Part shown: positions 13,010 to 27,469 of the stretch, in pieces
Numbering within the stretch: position 1 is the stretch's first letter
Layout of the letters: the number at the start of each line of letters is the position of its first letter
DNA from: Eledone cirrhosa
Taxonomy: Eukaryota
Reading direction: 5' to 3'
Assembly: GCA_964016885.1 (NCBI GenBank)
Contig: OZ024743.1
Location: 268,646,001-268,710,000, forward strand
Length of the DNA stretch: 64,000 nt
The notes under the pieces: model-generated
The model's input: only the letters and a program-made list of their open reading frames with translations
Told to the model about the DNA's origin: nothing
Database searches by the model: none
Made by a program: the position numbers and the translations under genes

Positions 13010-13570
13010 GACTAGAAACCCTATCATAAAACAACCACGTAAACTGCTATGAGAGGCAACCTCGTAGAAACAAGTTAAACCTGCAAAATATGAGCTGTAA
13101 ATTTCATTTTTCATTTTACACTTTAAACCAGATATCAACACAAACTATATTAAACTCTGCCTTAATGCTTAACAGAGAACTGAAGATCAATCAACTCCTG
13201 TTTTTGTGGGTGGTCATCTTTCATTTCTAACGGATCAATAGTAAAAGGCCGTATTAACCATGATTTTCTAGTTATCCTCTCTTCTAAAATGAAACGATTG
13301 AAGTGATCCTTCCTGACGATGAAATGGGCTGTGATGTCTTCATCGCCTTGAAATGGTTTGTGATATCTTTATGACGTTGAAATGGGCTGTGATGCCTTCA
13401 TATTTTTCAGATAACAAAACACTTTTTTTTTTCGCTAATGAAATCTCCTAAATTTGCAAAAATCTGCAAATTGTTTTTAATGGACTCTGCATTCCCATAA
13501 ATTCAGCTTTTCCAGCAATGCCTTCATCTTTTTAGCTGCTTGGGGAGATGGTTATTAATATTAACTAGAG
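13010..13570 (-). pseudogene. Decayed hAT (Charlie/Buster-like) transposase fragment with an internal ~30-bp tandem repeat
   Basis: Minus-strand WLIRPFTIDP..QELIDLQ and LWECRV..FADF segments with stops and frameshifts; 3 copies of GAAATGGGCTGTGATG at 13321-13400. Confidence 0.45.
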
Positions 13571-14086
13571 CAGTTTGTTGACACGGGAAAAATCGTTAAA
13601 TATACGTGTTCTCATACCTGTGTGTGTGTTTGTGTGTGTCTGTGTGTGTGTGTAGGTATGTATGAATGTTGGCATGTAAACATACTCCGTTTTTGTATTT
13701 GTTTTACAGGATACAGGGTCATTTTCCCAATAAAAACACACGCAGCCAAGATTCACTTTAGATACTGTAGATAGATAATTAATCCATTCTTCTGTTAGGT
13801 TATTAAGATAATTGTTTCTACTTTTGGCACAAGGCCAGCAATTACCCAGTACATTACTAGTACTTTATTTTATCGACCCCGTAAGGATGGAAGGCAAAGT
13901 TATTAAGATAATGTGAAATTGATAGATCAATATCTGAAAAAAGGAAACAGAGGAGAAAGGAATAACATTATACGAAGAATGGATCAGTTACGTAACAAAT
14001 AATAAATATGGAAACATAATACAACTGGGCGCGTGACTTTATATTGGTAATATGACACTCTCACCGTATAAAAATACATGTATATT

Positions 14087-14156
<70 letters not shown>

Positions 14157-14461
14157 GAGCCGCAGAAACCCATATACTGGATTTTACCAACCTTCCAGGG
14201 GTTCGGGTAAATTTTCAATACCCGAATTACTTGATCGTTTTGGGGGCTATACGAATGATTGTTTAACCATCGTCTCAGTGTGTTTGGCCTTTAGCGTTTG
14301 TAATAGCTCTGGTTCATCTGAATCATTGAGCACTTGCCGCACATCTCGGAGGTTGTTTTTCGTTATTTCGTGGGCCGAAATGCGAATTTCGATAATTTAT
14401 GTTTTTATATATATATATATATGTGTGTGTGTGTATATGTATATATATATATATATAAATA

Positions 14462-14580
14462 AAGGCGTGTGGCTGAGTAGTTAGAAAATTGGATTCGCAA
14501 TCGTGACGTTGTGAGTTTGATTTCTGGACCGGGCGATGCGTTATGTCCTTGAGCAGGACTCTTTATTTCACGTTGCTCCT
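14462..14580 (+). mobile_element. tRNA-derived SINE head (third family)
   Basis: TGGCTGAGTAGTTAG A-box, GAGTTTGATT B-box, then GTCCTTGAGCAGGAC..TCAC.TTGCTC central-domain-like motif. Confidence 0.55.
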
Positions 14581-14611
14581 TCTACCTGTTTTTACATAAT
14601 TCTCTCCCCTT

Positions 14612-14790
14612 TGCAGCAGAGAGTTACGGCCCTTTACGATCCGAGTTCAAATCCCACCGAGGTTAACTTTGCCTTTCATCCTTACATGGTCGATAAAATA
14701 AAGCACTGAGGTAATTGCTGGTCTTGTGCCAAAAGTAGAAACAATTATTATAGGGCGGAGGATTGGCAGTATCGGTAGAGGGTCAGACAC
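14612..14790 (+). mobile_element. Deu/Nin-like SINE 3' part plus the head of a second copy abutting the RTE
   Basis: Same consensus as 6110-6310. Confidence 0.8.
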
Positions 14791-14792
14791 TA

Positions 14793-17748
14793 TTCTCGTG
14801 TAGCACCCATCCACCATCTGAGTGAGTTTCTTGGTGAGTGTCCAAGTCTCAGACCCGTACAGCAGCACAGACTCCACTAGAGAAATGAAGAGGCGTATCT
14901 TCAGGTCCCCACGAAGGTCCGACTTCTATACCGATCTCAAACTGTGGCACGCCGCCCAGGCTTTGCTCTTTGTCTCAACCACATCATCTTCCGTATTCCC
15001 AAACTTTGCTCCCAAATACAGGAAGTCCTCAACTAATTCCAGGGGCTTCCCGCCTACATTAGTGATCCCCTCTGGCTTTTCAACATTCTCTACCAGACAT
15101 TTTGTCTTAGTCTCATTCATTCTCAGCCCCACACTCATCGACACAGTCTCAACTTCCTGCATCAAATCCTCTGCCCCTTCACTGCATTTGTCACCAAAAC
15201 TATGTCGTCGGCAAATTCAGCATCCGATATCTTTTTCGCCTTAACTCTCCTGCTCTGAGCCGGTGCTACAGAAAAGCCAGAGTCCTGGTGTTTCTCCAGT
15301 GCAAGGCGCATACAATAGTCCACTACGATGATAAAAAGGTAGGGAGCCAATGTACCTCCCTGGAGCACTCCAGCCAGTATCTCAAAGAACTCTGTCATCC
15401 CATCAGGTGTAATGACTTGGGCTTTGGTGTTGGTGTAGAGCAATGATATCAGGTCCACTATCTTCTTGGGGATTCCATAAGCCTGTAAGATCTTCATCAG
15501 ACAGTGACGGTCCACAGAATCAAAGGCCTTCCTAAAGTCAATGAAAACCATGACCGCAAGAAGGCACTTTGCTCTAGCTCCCTCTAATATCCTCCTAAGC
15601 ATCAGGATGTGACTGGTGGTTGATCTTCCCTCTCTGAAGCCGTTCTGGTTGTCCCTGAGCTTATTCTCCATCTCGGGATGGATCCTGTTAAGAATCATAC
15701 TGTTGAGGGTCTTTGCCACAAGTGACGTCAGTGAGGTCCCCCCCCCTCTGTAGTTGTTGATGTTAGAGAGATCTCCCTCCTTTGGCACTGGGACGATGTT
15801 ACTGAACCTCCACTGATTCGGGGCAACTCCTTTCTCCAGTGCCTGGTTACAGAACCCCAGGATGATATCAAAATCACATCTCTTCATCACCTCTGATGCT
15901 ACTATATCTTCTCCATGAGCCTTGCCCTCCTTGATCTTCTTATTGGCTCTCTCAAGCTCCTCTCTGGTGAAGGGCTCTGTCTGAATATCCAGTTCTTCAA
16001 ACAGCTGCCTGATCTCCCCAGTGTTCTGGGCTGTGGAGGCCGGCTCTCCTAGTAGGGTCCTAAAATGGTCTAGCCATTTCCCATCCTATCCTCGGGCCCT
16101 TTTCCATGGATCTAACTAGAACACCTTCTCTTCTTCCCTGTGATCTCGTTGATGATCATTCAGCTCCCTTACGTCTTACATCCAGAACTGCCAACCGCTC
16201 TCTCCACACTTCTGATCTTCTCTATCAGTGCCTCCTCTCTGGCCTCAGTGTAGGAGGTACAGAGTTCTTTCCTCATCACTTCCACATTCTCCTTCCTCTC
16301 CTCCGTAGGATAAGCATAGAATTGATCCTTGGCAGCTTTCGGGTGTTCTCTAGCTGCACACACTTTTGGGTCTGCAGAGCTGACGTGCTTTCTTTTGTTC
16401 TTTTTCCTCGGCACCAGGGTCACACTTGCTTCCACTACTGCATTGGTGAAGTATCCGTACCTCCTCGTCACACTCTCCTCATTCCATCCAATCTCTCTCT
16501 CCTCTGACTCTCCACACATAGCACTGAACTTGTTCCTCACTTCCACTGTGAACCTCTCCTGTAGCTTATCATCTTCATTGAAAGCTCCCCAGTCATAGAT
16601 TGCTCTCCGGGGCCGAGCCTTGCTCTTTCATAAGTTCACCCGGACCTCACTCATAACAAACTGGTAGTCACTACCCAGTGTACTGAAATAGTTGTATGGT
16701 TCTGTGTTCAGAACACTATTCCGACACTTTTTCCTCACCAGAATGAAATCAATCTGGGACTTGGGCAGGTGCATATCTGAGATGTAGGTCCACATCTACC
16801 TCAGATTCTTCCTAAACCTTAGGCTGGTCGCTATCAAATTCGCCTCCAGCAGGGTGTCTCAGTAGTCTTCCATTTCGGTTGGTGTTGTTATGGAAGTACC
16901 AGCAAGGATCTTCACTGCCCTCCTTAATCAGATGTGCATTGAAGTCCCCAGAACAAGCAGGATGTTGTGTGCTTGTGTGGTGTTGACAGCTCTACACACC
17001 TCCTCATGGAACTCTTCCGCACTCACATTACTGTCTCCCTCGGTTGGACTATAGGCTGAGATGACTGTCAGTCTTGGATTTTCATTGAAGATCACCCTCA
17101 ACACTCGCGAGGAGACAGGTATTATTTCCCTCACCAATAGACTGGTTTTTGTGCTGAAAACAAAGCCCACTCCTCCTACAGCAGCATTGGTCATGTTCTT
17201 TCCTGCCGATGTGGTGATGAGCTGGCTCATCTTCCCAATCATCACACTTCTCACGGGCTCATCGTATAGTATCCTGTGTTCTTCGACTGCAAGTATCTGT
17301 ATACCACTCTCCTCGAACACATGACCCAACTTCTCTCTCTTCTCCAGCGTCCGAATAGTCCTCACATGCAAAGTGTCCATTTTCATGGCTATTCTGCAGG
17401 ACAAAACTGCATTCTTTATATTTGTCTCAGAACAGCTGATCCATCATCTACTGGCCCTCCCTGTGGCTCTAAGCCATCAGTGTCATAACGACCAGACTGC
17501 TCCTTGATAGTGTAGTTAGGGGCTCTAACCCTAGTGCTGTTAGATAGTGCTGTTAGATATTTCTTTTCAATGGCTGACAATACCTTACCGGCTCCACTCG
17601 AATAAGGTAGTTATTTAACCCATAAATGGGGCCCTAACAGGTACTACTACTCCGGGCCGGAGCAGACCTGGGAGTTATGACAACAAAGGGGTAAGTCCAA
17701 ATTCTCCACAGTTCCTGAACTCCCGAACTGGAGCCTTGCCACTGGACA
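14793..17748 (-). mobile_element. RTE-clade LINE (APE endonuclease + RT), frameshifted, 3' end missing
   Basis: APE: GVGF, ISAYSPT, QIDFILV. RT: VPKEGD, NYRG, QNGFREGRST, FIDFRKAFDSV, GVLQGGTLAPYLF, FADDI, FLYLG, ESVLLYGSETW. Confidence 0.92.
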
Positions 17749-17765
17749 TATATATATAGAGAGAG

Positions 17766-17829
<64 letters not shown>

Positions 17830-18043
17830 TTCTTTATTTACCATAAAGGCATAAAAAGAAGGGACAAATACAAAGGGGGAGTTTACATACAATCGAATAA
17901 AAAGGGTATAAAATGAAAATAATCGAAAACAACCTCAAAAGGGAGGGGACGTGATGGGGGTTGCACACACCCCCGAAAAAGTGTGCAATCCTTTGCCCGG
18001 GGAGCACATGGAGAAGGTGCTCCCCTCTCCTTCACTTCTTTAC

Positions 18044-21000
18044 CTACAGGATGGTATACAGAGAAGGCCCATTTACACGAGCCATTCTCGCCACTATCAC
18101 CCACCTTTCATAAAACTGGCTGTGGCCAAGCACCTCTATCTCCATTCTTATCCTTCTTCCGAAGTGATATCGGAAGAAGTAGACCAGACTATGGCCAGAG
18201 AGGAAGTTGCCTGACCTCAGACCTTTCAATCGTGTCCACCAAACAACCTCTTTCAACATGGCTATTACGCACAGAAAAACCGCCTTTGCTTCCTTTGTGA
18301 AGAGGGGAGGCGGTTTGATTGTCATCACGGACTCGGCGGTCAATCGAATCGGCGCCACCCGCGACAGCAGTCGTTCGGCGTAGCCCCACAGATCAGCCAC
18401 GCCCGGAAATTGCACCAATGCGTGCGCAAGGGTTTCTTCGTGACGCACGCATCTAGGGCAAATCTTTTTCGAGGGATCCCTGCCCGGGCGCCCGTGTCTG
18501 TAGAGCCTCTCTCGAACGGGTAGAGCCCCCGGTAGCACTGCCAGGCTAGTGACTTCTGGAAGTTGTCCATTGGTCCCGGGCCGAAAGTCCTACCGAACAG
18601 GCTGGCCAGTTCGTCCTCTTCCATGTCCAGCGACTCTCCAAGGGTGTCATCGCCCCTGCTAGCCACCAGCCCTCTATAGAATGATGAGGTGGATTCTCCA
18701 CCGATGGCCTGGCCCGCTTGCCAGAGAGCCCTGAGCGCCTGAGCACACTCAGTGTGCCAGTCTCCCAGTTTTCCGGATCTTTGCTTGACCCAGGACTGCA
18801 GCTCGGTGAGCGAGACGAGTCTCGGAAAGGCTCGTTTCACGAACGGAGCCCACACCGGTTGACCAGTGAGGAATACCTGTAGGTGCCGTAGCCTTAATGC
18901 GTGCCTACGCATCATCAACCACGGCATCCCCAGCCCTCCTTTCGAATGTTGTTGGCAGCAGATGGATCTTCTCACCATAGGAGGGCACTTCTTCCAAAGA
19001 AATTGGAAGAGCATGCGTTCCATGGTGGTGAGTGTTTCCTTAGAGCAAGGCACGACAGTCAGGCGGTAGTAAGTGACGGACGCTATGTAAATGTTCGCCA
19101 CCTCCGCCCGGCCTTTTAGGGACAGCTTACACTTGGCCCATTTCTGGGTTAGTGCAAACACCTTGTTCGTAACCTCGTTCCAGTTCTTTTCCACCTGGAG
19201 GTCCGGTCCAAACCAGACCCCAAGCAACTTTACCGGGCCCTCCGTCCAGTGTCCGACGACACCGTCGGGAGGCATCGGTCTGCCTCTCCACGTTCCGAGT
19301 TGCAGCTCGATGGATTTTTCCCGGTTCAGTTTCGCTCCTGACCTTTCGTAATCCTCCAGTAAGGTACCGATCGCCTCGATCTCCGAGTCGGTCGATACCA
19401 TTACTGTTACGTCATCGGCGTAGGCCGACACCGCTTTGCTCAATCCTGGTTCCAGGTGGATACCCTGCAACAACTCCAACTTCCTCAGTAAAGGCTCGAG
19501 AGTCAATACGTACAGAAGGGAGGAGAGAGGGCACCCCTGTCGAATGGATCGTGTGATTTTTAACGGCTTCGAAAGGTAGCCGTTCACCTTGATCCTAGAA
19601 CAGATGTGGTTGCTATGTAAGACAGTGATCCAGCCTCTGAAAACAGGACCGAACCCAGCCGCCGCTAGCACCGCATCCAGGTAACCATGGTCGACCCTAT
19701 CGAAGGCCTTAGACTGATCCAAGTTGATCAGGGCCCCACCGAAGCCGGGTTTGTTGCCAACCCTCTCTATGATGTATCGCATGAGGTGGATGTTATCATG
19801 AATGGACCTGGATGGGATAGCACATGTCTGCGCATCTCCCACCAGGCTACCCACGACAAGCGCCAACCTCTTTGCTAATACCTTGGCCAAAATCTTTAAC
19901 TCTGTGTTTAGCAGGGTTATGGGCCGAAAATTATTTATACTATCCCCCTTGTTCTCGTCCTTCCTCACCAGCGAGACTACGCCCTTGGCTACAGAACAAG
20001 GAATTCTCCCGTTCTGCTGCCAATTGCAGTAGACCGCTTCGAGGAGTTCGGAGAAGAAGACCGGCATTGCTAAATAAAGTTCGTACGGTATACCATCGAG
20101 ACCTGGAGATTTGCGTCTGCTGCATTGGCTCAGCGCATCCCCGATCTCATCAGCCGAGATTGGTCCTTCGCAGGACTCTGCTTCTTCGCTCGAGAGACGC
20201 GGCAGGCCGTCGAGGTATGGACCGAAATCCACGTCCCCGCCCGGACTCTCGCCTCCCCCAAATAATCGGGCAAAGTGCCTTTGAAAGGCCTCGCACATCT
20301 GCTTAGGCTCCCGGATCTCCCGTCCATCCTCGTCTTGCAACGACCGGATGGTGGATCGATTTCCACTCTTAGCTTCTGTCACGCGGGCCCAGCCAACGGC
20401 TTTGGCCCCCTCATTACCTAGAGCACGTATTTTACTTCGAATGACGCAGCCTTCGTGCTTTGCATCGAAAAATTGGTTCAAGGCCGTCCTCGATGCCAGT
20501 ACTCTGGCCACATCTTCGCTCTTGATTGCCTCTTCTAATTTACCAGTTAATTCTTTCTCGTTTCTATTCCTATCGGCAGCTAACATCTTGCTATAACTTA
20601 TTGATTCTATTCTAATCTCTCTTTTGAGAGATGCCCACCATCGGTTGTTGACGATTGCACCCGTCAACCTCTCCTTAACTAATCTGCTAATCCGGTTTCT
20701 GTAAGTCTCTTTTGCCGGTAAAGACAAATTAAGTTTCCAGTAACCGGGACCCTGTTTATGTGTTTTCTCGAGATTGACTACGCAGGTCACTAATTTGTGA
20801 TCCGTATAGCCAACCGTGAGCATTTCTGGACAGCTTAATATGTCCCTATCCTTACTTCTAACTAAGAATCTATCTAAGTACGATCTAGATTGACCACTGT
20901 GGTTCGTCCAAGTCCAGGTAAGCACAGTTGGAAAATCTAGTCGATATCTATCGACCAAGTTAAAACGGTCGAGTAACCCCTTGAGGCTGTTACACCCCCC

Positions 21001-21477
21001 TCTATTAGGACATGCTCCTGCATAGTCCCAACGTGCATCTAGGATGTCATTCCAATCCCCCGCTAGAAGCAGGGAACGCGACGTTCCCAGAAAAGTCTCC
21101 AAACGCTGGAAGAAGTCGGGCCGTTCAGCTCCGAAAGGGGTGTAGACGGCGACTAGTCTCAAGGCCGCACCTTCACTACTGCCAACGTCTAGCACCAACA
21201 AACGACCCTCCGGGCCCGAGTGAACAACCTGTACGGCAAGACCCAGGTGTTTTTGCAGTAGTACGACAACCTCACCCCCACCTCCAGGTTGACAGAGAGA
21301 TGCATGCACCTCAAAGTCATCGAAGGTAGGGGCCAGCTGCCGCACGACGCTGATCCGAGTCTCACAGATAACCATTACATTTATACCACATGACCTGAGG
21401 TCATTTAGAAGCTTTGCTTGCTTCCAAGTTGAGCCCAGGCCACGTGCATTCAAACATCCTACTCTTAACACATCCAT
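18044..21477 (-). CDS. LINE ORF2: APE endonuclease, reverse transcriptase, C-terminal CCHC; one frameshift near 18530
   Basis: LNARGL, ETR, AGDWN, SYLDRF, TDH, SPGLDG, RPITLLN, LDQSKAFDRVDH, RQGCPLS, AYADD; CPRC..ETLAHAL in the 18044-18538 frame. Confidence 0.93.
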
Positions 21478-21510
21478 GTGGGCGGCAAAGCCAAAGGAGA
21501 GTGTAGAGAC

Positions 21511-22838
21511 CTACCTTTCTGCTTCCCAGGGTTCGGGTCGCACGACTTCCATGGGGTCGGGGGTGTTGGGTGAAGGGGTGTCTTGTGGTGGTGTGGGGTC
21601 GTCAGTGTGTGGTGGGGTTGGGGTGTTTGGAGTTGTGTTGGGGAGGGGAAGGGGAGGGGTAAAGCTTTTTAGTAGGACGCGGTTTATGGGTTTGACAGAG
21701 GGTGGTCCTACGTCCTCCTTAAAATCCTTTTTTAGTTGTTGGTAGAGGTTCATTGGGATCTTTATTAATTTTAAATGTGGGTAGTTTTCTGAAGAAACAA
21801 AGTTTACACCTTCGGTTTGTACCGAAGGATTATTGTTTATGAGTTCATTTAATTTATTATTGTTTCTGTTGATGTAAGTATAGTGTAATGTGTTTTTTTC
21901 GGATGGTATGAGTGTTTCGAAGAGGGGAGGGGCAGGTTTGGTTTTGTTTGTTGCTGGAGGGGTGTTTTGTGTTTTGTTGGATTGTGTTGACATTTGGGTG
22001 GGGGTTGTTTGGCCTTGTGTGTTTTGCACATGTTTTCTTTTTTTCCTTTTAATCTGTCTGAAGGACTCCGTTTCTTCCTCCGAATTCGTTGGGTTATCTT
22101 CAGTGTTGGAGGGAAGAGGTGTTTGCTGGTAATGTTTCCGTGTTGGTTTTCTTTGTGGGGGAGATGGATGTCACTATGTTAGACTGTGTTGTGTGTTGTG
22201 GCTGCGGTGGTTGTGTTGTTTTATTGAGTGAGGGGTTGGGTGGGCCTGTATTTTGTTTTGGGGTAATGTGTTGTGACTGTTTGTGTTGTGGTGGAGGTGT
22301 AGTTTTACTGAGGGACGGGTTGGGTGGGACTGAGTTTTGTTGTTTGTTTATCTGTTGTGGTGGTGGTGGTGGAGCTGGTGTTGGTAGCAGGGTTTTCTTT
22401 TTGTTGAGTTGGGGACAAGCCGCCTTCAGGTGCCCTCTGCCTGCACAGATATGACAGGACGGCCTTCTCCCCTCCACGCTAATGTTTATATACCCGTGGC
22501 CCTCTAATAGGATTCTGAAGGGTATTTGGGCGATGCGTTCAGGCTTCATTTGCACTACAAGTTCTATACCTGTTCCACTGAACGCATTGCCTGTGGTTTT
22601 CCCAATGGAAATCACGTTGTCATTCGCTGGATCGATGAAGCCAGCTATGAGCCAGCAGTAGTCCACATCTGGCATCATTGCATCCAGCCATATGCGTTGA
22701 GTTCTTTTACCCATATAAGATGGATAAAAGGTAAAATTTTTCGAACGAATCGGTGACAAAGCACATTTTTTTGCCGCCGATTCGTTCTTCATAATAATCG
22801 CTAGGCTTCCATACAGTCTGTCTTTTCTTATGAAAGTG
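21511..22838 (-). pseudogene. LINE ORF1 (gag-like) remnant
   Basis: CHICAGRGHLKAAC (CX2CX4HX4C) followed by a Pro/Thr/Gln-rich region. The ORF-track N-terminus beyond 22838 is read-through into the retrozyme repeat. Confidence 0.75.
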
Positions 22839-23037
22839 GTATGTATACGTACATACATATATGTATACAGATGTACAGTAGTATGTATATATATACATAC
22901 ATGCACACATATATTATATATATGTACGTATGGGTTTACCGAACATTTATTATAATGTTCAGTTTGTGAACAAACAGCCCGAATTACGCCGTACAGTGTT
23001 CGGCAACCATCGTCGCCTTTTTGTTCAACACTGACAC

Positions 23038-23090
23038 AGGAACGATGTACTAGTTTCAAGCTTATTAGCTATCGTCAGCATAGTATACCT
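23038..23090 (-). ncRNA. Type I hammerhead ribozyme (mirror of 32077-32129); mutated copy at 23469-23521
   Basis: Reverse complement of AGG-TAT-ACTATG-CTGACGA-TAGCT-AATA-AGCTT-GAAA-CTAG-TA-CATCGT-T-CCT. Confidence 0.8.
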
Positions 23091-23661
23091 TCCTGTCAGA
23101 TAATTGAACGTTTGAAAGTATATACTTTCCTTATGCATATTAACGGCTGAGCAGGCTAATTTGCATATCGATTGAGTTAGTCGGCCGGGCGAACCGAAAA
23201 CTATAAATGGAAAAGGATGAAACGAAATTTTATTTCTCACTCTTAGTACGGCAGATACTTAAATGTAAGTATGTACACGTACATACACATATGTATACAG
23301 ACGTACAGTAGTATGTATATACATACATACATGTACACATATATATATATGCACGTATGGGTTTACCGAACATTTATTATAATGTTCCGTTTGTTTGTAA
23401 ACAAACAGCCCGAATTACGCCGTACAGTGTTCGGGAACCATCGACGGCTTTTTGTTCAACACTGACACAGGAACGATGTATTAGTTTCAAGCTTATTAGC
23501 TATCGTGAGCATCGTATACCTTCCTTACAAACAAGCCGAACATTATAATAAATGTTCGGTAAACCCATACGTATATGTATATGTGTGCATGTATGTATAT
23601 ATATATACATACTACTGTACGTATGTATACATATATGTATGTACGTATACATACATACATT

Positions 23662-23697
<36 letters not shown>

Positions 23698-23761
23698 TAT
23701 ATAAATGTATGTATGTATACGTACATACATATAAGTATACAGATGTACACTGGGTTTTACG

Positions 23762-23798
<37 letters not shown>

Positions 23799-23818
23799 AT
23801 ATATATATATATTTAATG

Positions 23819-23899
<81 letters not shown>

Positions 23900-24128
23900 A
23901 TAATAATAAATTTGAAGACTAAAATCCAAAGAGGGCTCAATAAGGATAAATATATATCAAATATAAGAACCAATAAATATATATATATATATATACATGG
24001 AAAGTTATATTTAAAATTGTTGGGTTACAACTAGTAAATATTTATAACTGATATAAAAGCACTCGACAAATATTTGGAGTATATTTACAGTATTAAATAA
24101 ATGGAAACTATATTTATAAAACCATATT

Positions 24129-24194
24129 TATTTCATTATATATATTTCGGGGATATCATATTAACAATATGCTATGCCTTCCTCAGACAAAATA
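24129..24194 (-). ncRNA. Hammerhead ribozyme in the 3' pseudo-LTR of the Penelope-like element (left arm)
   Basis: Mirror of 30959-31024. Confidence 0.8.
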
Positions 24195-25613
24195 CAATAT
24201 AAACAGTTTTATAGATAAATATATTCGACATACCGTTACAACACCGACTTCCATTTGAAGAGGTTTAAGCTGGCAGTGAAAAAATTTTACACAGAGAGAA
24301 AGAAAGAGAGAAAAAAAGAAAGAAAGACAGAAAACGAAGAAAAGGAAGAAAAAGAAGAAATGCATGGAACAAAATAGAGAGATGGAAAGATAGATAAAGC
24401 GAAGAACTTCATGTAAAGAAACAGAAAGAGATATATATATACAGAGAGAGAGGAAATAGAGATAAATACATATATATATAGAAAATTAGGTAGTGGGAGG
24501 TCATTTTGAGTAAATGTATCAATGATACATTTATTTATTTATTTATTTATTTAGCTCAAGTATTAATGTAAGGGAGATATATATATATAGAGAAAAAATA
24601 TATAGAGAGGAAAAAATAGAGAGAGAAAAAAAATTTAAAAATAGCCAGATATATTCGAGGCGTAAAAACCCTATGTATTAATGTATTAGCATTTATAAAA
24701 CTTACACTATATTGTAAATATCAGTATTCCTGAATGAGACAAGTATCCATAGTGTGTGAAAATTAATTATCTTATGTTTAGTTTTAAAAAAATTCATATG
24801 TTTATGTGACAGCTACAAACATCCATGCGAATCCACATGATTCACTCTGCAAACTCTAAGTTCACGGAAAACATTCTCAATGTGGTATAAAAATTTGAGC
24901 ATACATATATGTGTATTATTATTCCTGTCTTTACTCTTCAAGATTATCTATCAAGCAGAAATAGAGAGCAGATTTCAATATACTAATAAAAATATATATC
25001 AGAAACAAAACTAAAAAAATAAATAAATAAAAAGATAACAATAATAATAATAAGTAAAAATAAGTAATAATAAAATAGAAAACTAAAAAAATATTACCAA
25101 AGAATATTACATAATAAAAATATTACATATTAAAAATATTACGTATTAAAAAATATTACGTATTAAAAATTTACATATTAAAGATATTAAAAATAAAAAT
25201 AAAAAATAAAAAATAATTATAAAATACTACAATAATAAAAAATAAAAATAAAAATAAACCCCAAAGATCAACCCTTCAAAGTTAATTGACAATATATTGC
25301 CAAGTTCATTACAAGACAAAGCCAAAAATTATCTATCAAATCACATCTAGCAAAGATCATTTCAAAAAGTTTATGATGTCCAAATTGGTCTACATATGTT
25401 CTTATATTTAATATAGAAGTTTATCTAGTGTAAGGTTTATTCAAAAAATTTGGAGCATCAGCTTTTAGGGTAGCTTAATTTTTCATGAGGAATGTTTAAA
25501 TAAAAATAAAATAAAAATAAACAATAAAAAGAATAAAAAGAAGGAATCAAAAATTTAGGAATCAAAAATTTATCGGCTAGTTTCCCATATAAATATAAAT
25601 CAAACTAAATATA

Positions 25614-27469
25614 CTACATTTTAAATTTAAATTTATATTTAAACGTTGAGTTTAATCTATGTTTGCAACAACTGAATAAATTTGTCCGTAGGTTAAGGGA
25701 ATTTTTAGATTTTAGTATAAAGAATATCTCCTCTGCGCAGAGGTCACATGTCTCAGAGGATGAATTAAAAGGAATCCCTCTTGAGACTATATTCCAAGCC
25801 GTCGAATATCTAACGTTATCTAGCTTAAGTTGCCAGAGTACGCCTGATAGTGCCGTTGAAGATTTTTTACTTGGATCTGTGAAAGAATTCTTGTGGTTAT
25901 TATAGCGAAGTTTAAATTCCGTCGATGTGGAACCGACGTAGTTAAAAGAATTAGAGTCAGTATTAACATTACAATTGTATACTATATTTTTAACTAAGCA
26001 GTTGTTATTTAACGGACATTTAGATCTATCTCTACAGTTACATTTGTTAACTTGTATATTATTTATGCTATTATCACTAGGTTTTAAGTTCCTATTATTT
26101 ATTCTATTAATATTTTGTGCTAAATTTTTGGTGGATGAGTAGGTTAATTTAATTGTATGCCTATTGAAAATTGAGTGATACCTATGTGTTCTAGGGAAGC
26201 GATTATCAAGAGCTTTGAAAAATAATTTAGCGATGTGGGTTTTAATGTTTAGTGAGAAAGGGGGGGCAAACCAAATTATGTTCCTAGTTCTATTTCTTTT
26301 TTGGCCTTTGGAATTATTGTAATGCTTTCTATTATAGTTGTTAATGTTGTTGCCGTAATTAAAAAAGTTGTTACTTTGTTTAGTTTGTCTATCATTATCT
26401 ATGTACACAATCTTATCAGCATATCCTGCCCTAGCTAATGCTTCATTATAGTATTGGGCCTTTTCGTCGAAAATCTTTCTATTCGACGAGATCCTAGAGA
26501 TACGTTTTTGAACTGAGTTTACTATAGTGTTTTTGACAGATCTGGGGTGGTTAGAGTTAAAGTTGACATAGTTTAAGTTTTCATTCAACTTGTGAAAAGG
26601 ATAGTGGAGACATGTGTTGAGATTTAATGTTATATCTAGGAAATTGACTATTCTATGGTTGTTCTCAATTTCTATTTTAAGGTTAAAGTAATTAAAAAAT
26701 TTTGTAATTTGTTTACATTTTCTATTTAGTTCAGGGTTATTATTATTAATAAGTAAAAGCATGTCATCCCTATATAAACCTCCGGTAGTACCAGGTATTT
26801 TCCTATGTAGCGAATTGATTAAAAATAAGCCCACAAGGTCAGTTACCTGAGCTGAGTCGGAAGATCCCATAGTTATGTCAAAATTGCTATCTCTATCTGC
26901 TCTGGTCCATAATTTGTCATTAAATTCTATCAAAGTTTTCCTAGCCGATAATATAATATGCATTTCTTTGCTAGTTAGGTCAGTATGTTTGAATGCGTAA
27001 TTTAGTGCCTTATTTAGTAGACTAGGGGTAATAGAAGAATAATAGTTAGCTATATCAAGTTGAATAAACCTATTATTATTGTTATATTTAATTTGCCTAA
27101 ACCACTCAACAACCTCTCCAGTTCCCTTCCACAAGCTCAGGTTAGATACACAATCCAAGTTCTTAATTTGCTGTATCACCCTGTCAAGAATGTTTTTGCT
27201 TAATTTGCCCAGGTCCGATTTTGAAGGTGCGATCAATCTAACTGGCAGGTCATTTTCAAAATTCCTCTTGTGGTCCTTCATATTGATCTTCGGTTTCCTG
27301 GGCACGAAAGGTTGTGTTCTGTTCTCAATTTCCAACTCGTGCATTATACAAGATGCTTCGACATTCATTTTCTCAAGTTCGGCCTTATCTGCTACCTTGT
27401 ACTTTTTCCTCAGCTCTTTCAGTATGAGGCCATTATACATGTCTTTCCGCACTCCATAGAGGTTGTTGG
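25614..27469 (-). CDS. Penelope-like element polyprotein (RT + C-terminal GIY-YIG endonuclease), 5'-truncated, uninterrupted
   Basis: VRLIAP, LDIANYYSSI, TMGS, LYRDD, FLDITL, CxCx5C linker (CNCRDRSKC), IVY..YVGST..FKLRYNNH, CDLC..E, LN. Confidence 0.95.

Larger units (their letters stand above)
17827..22838 (-). mobile_element. L1/Tx1-type LINE, 5'-truncated in ORF1, 3' end AATAAAGAAA joined to (TCTA)n
   Basis: ORF1 remnant with CCHC knuckle plus ORF2 APE-RT-zinc finger; 3' end abuts a (GATA)n tract. Confidence 0.93.

Noticed and set aside
22839-23059. N-terminus of the 319-aa ORF 22100-23059
   Set aside because: Chance read-through from the retrozyme repeat into the truncated LINE ORF1.
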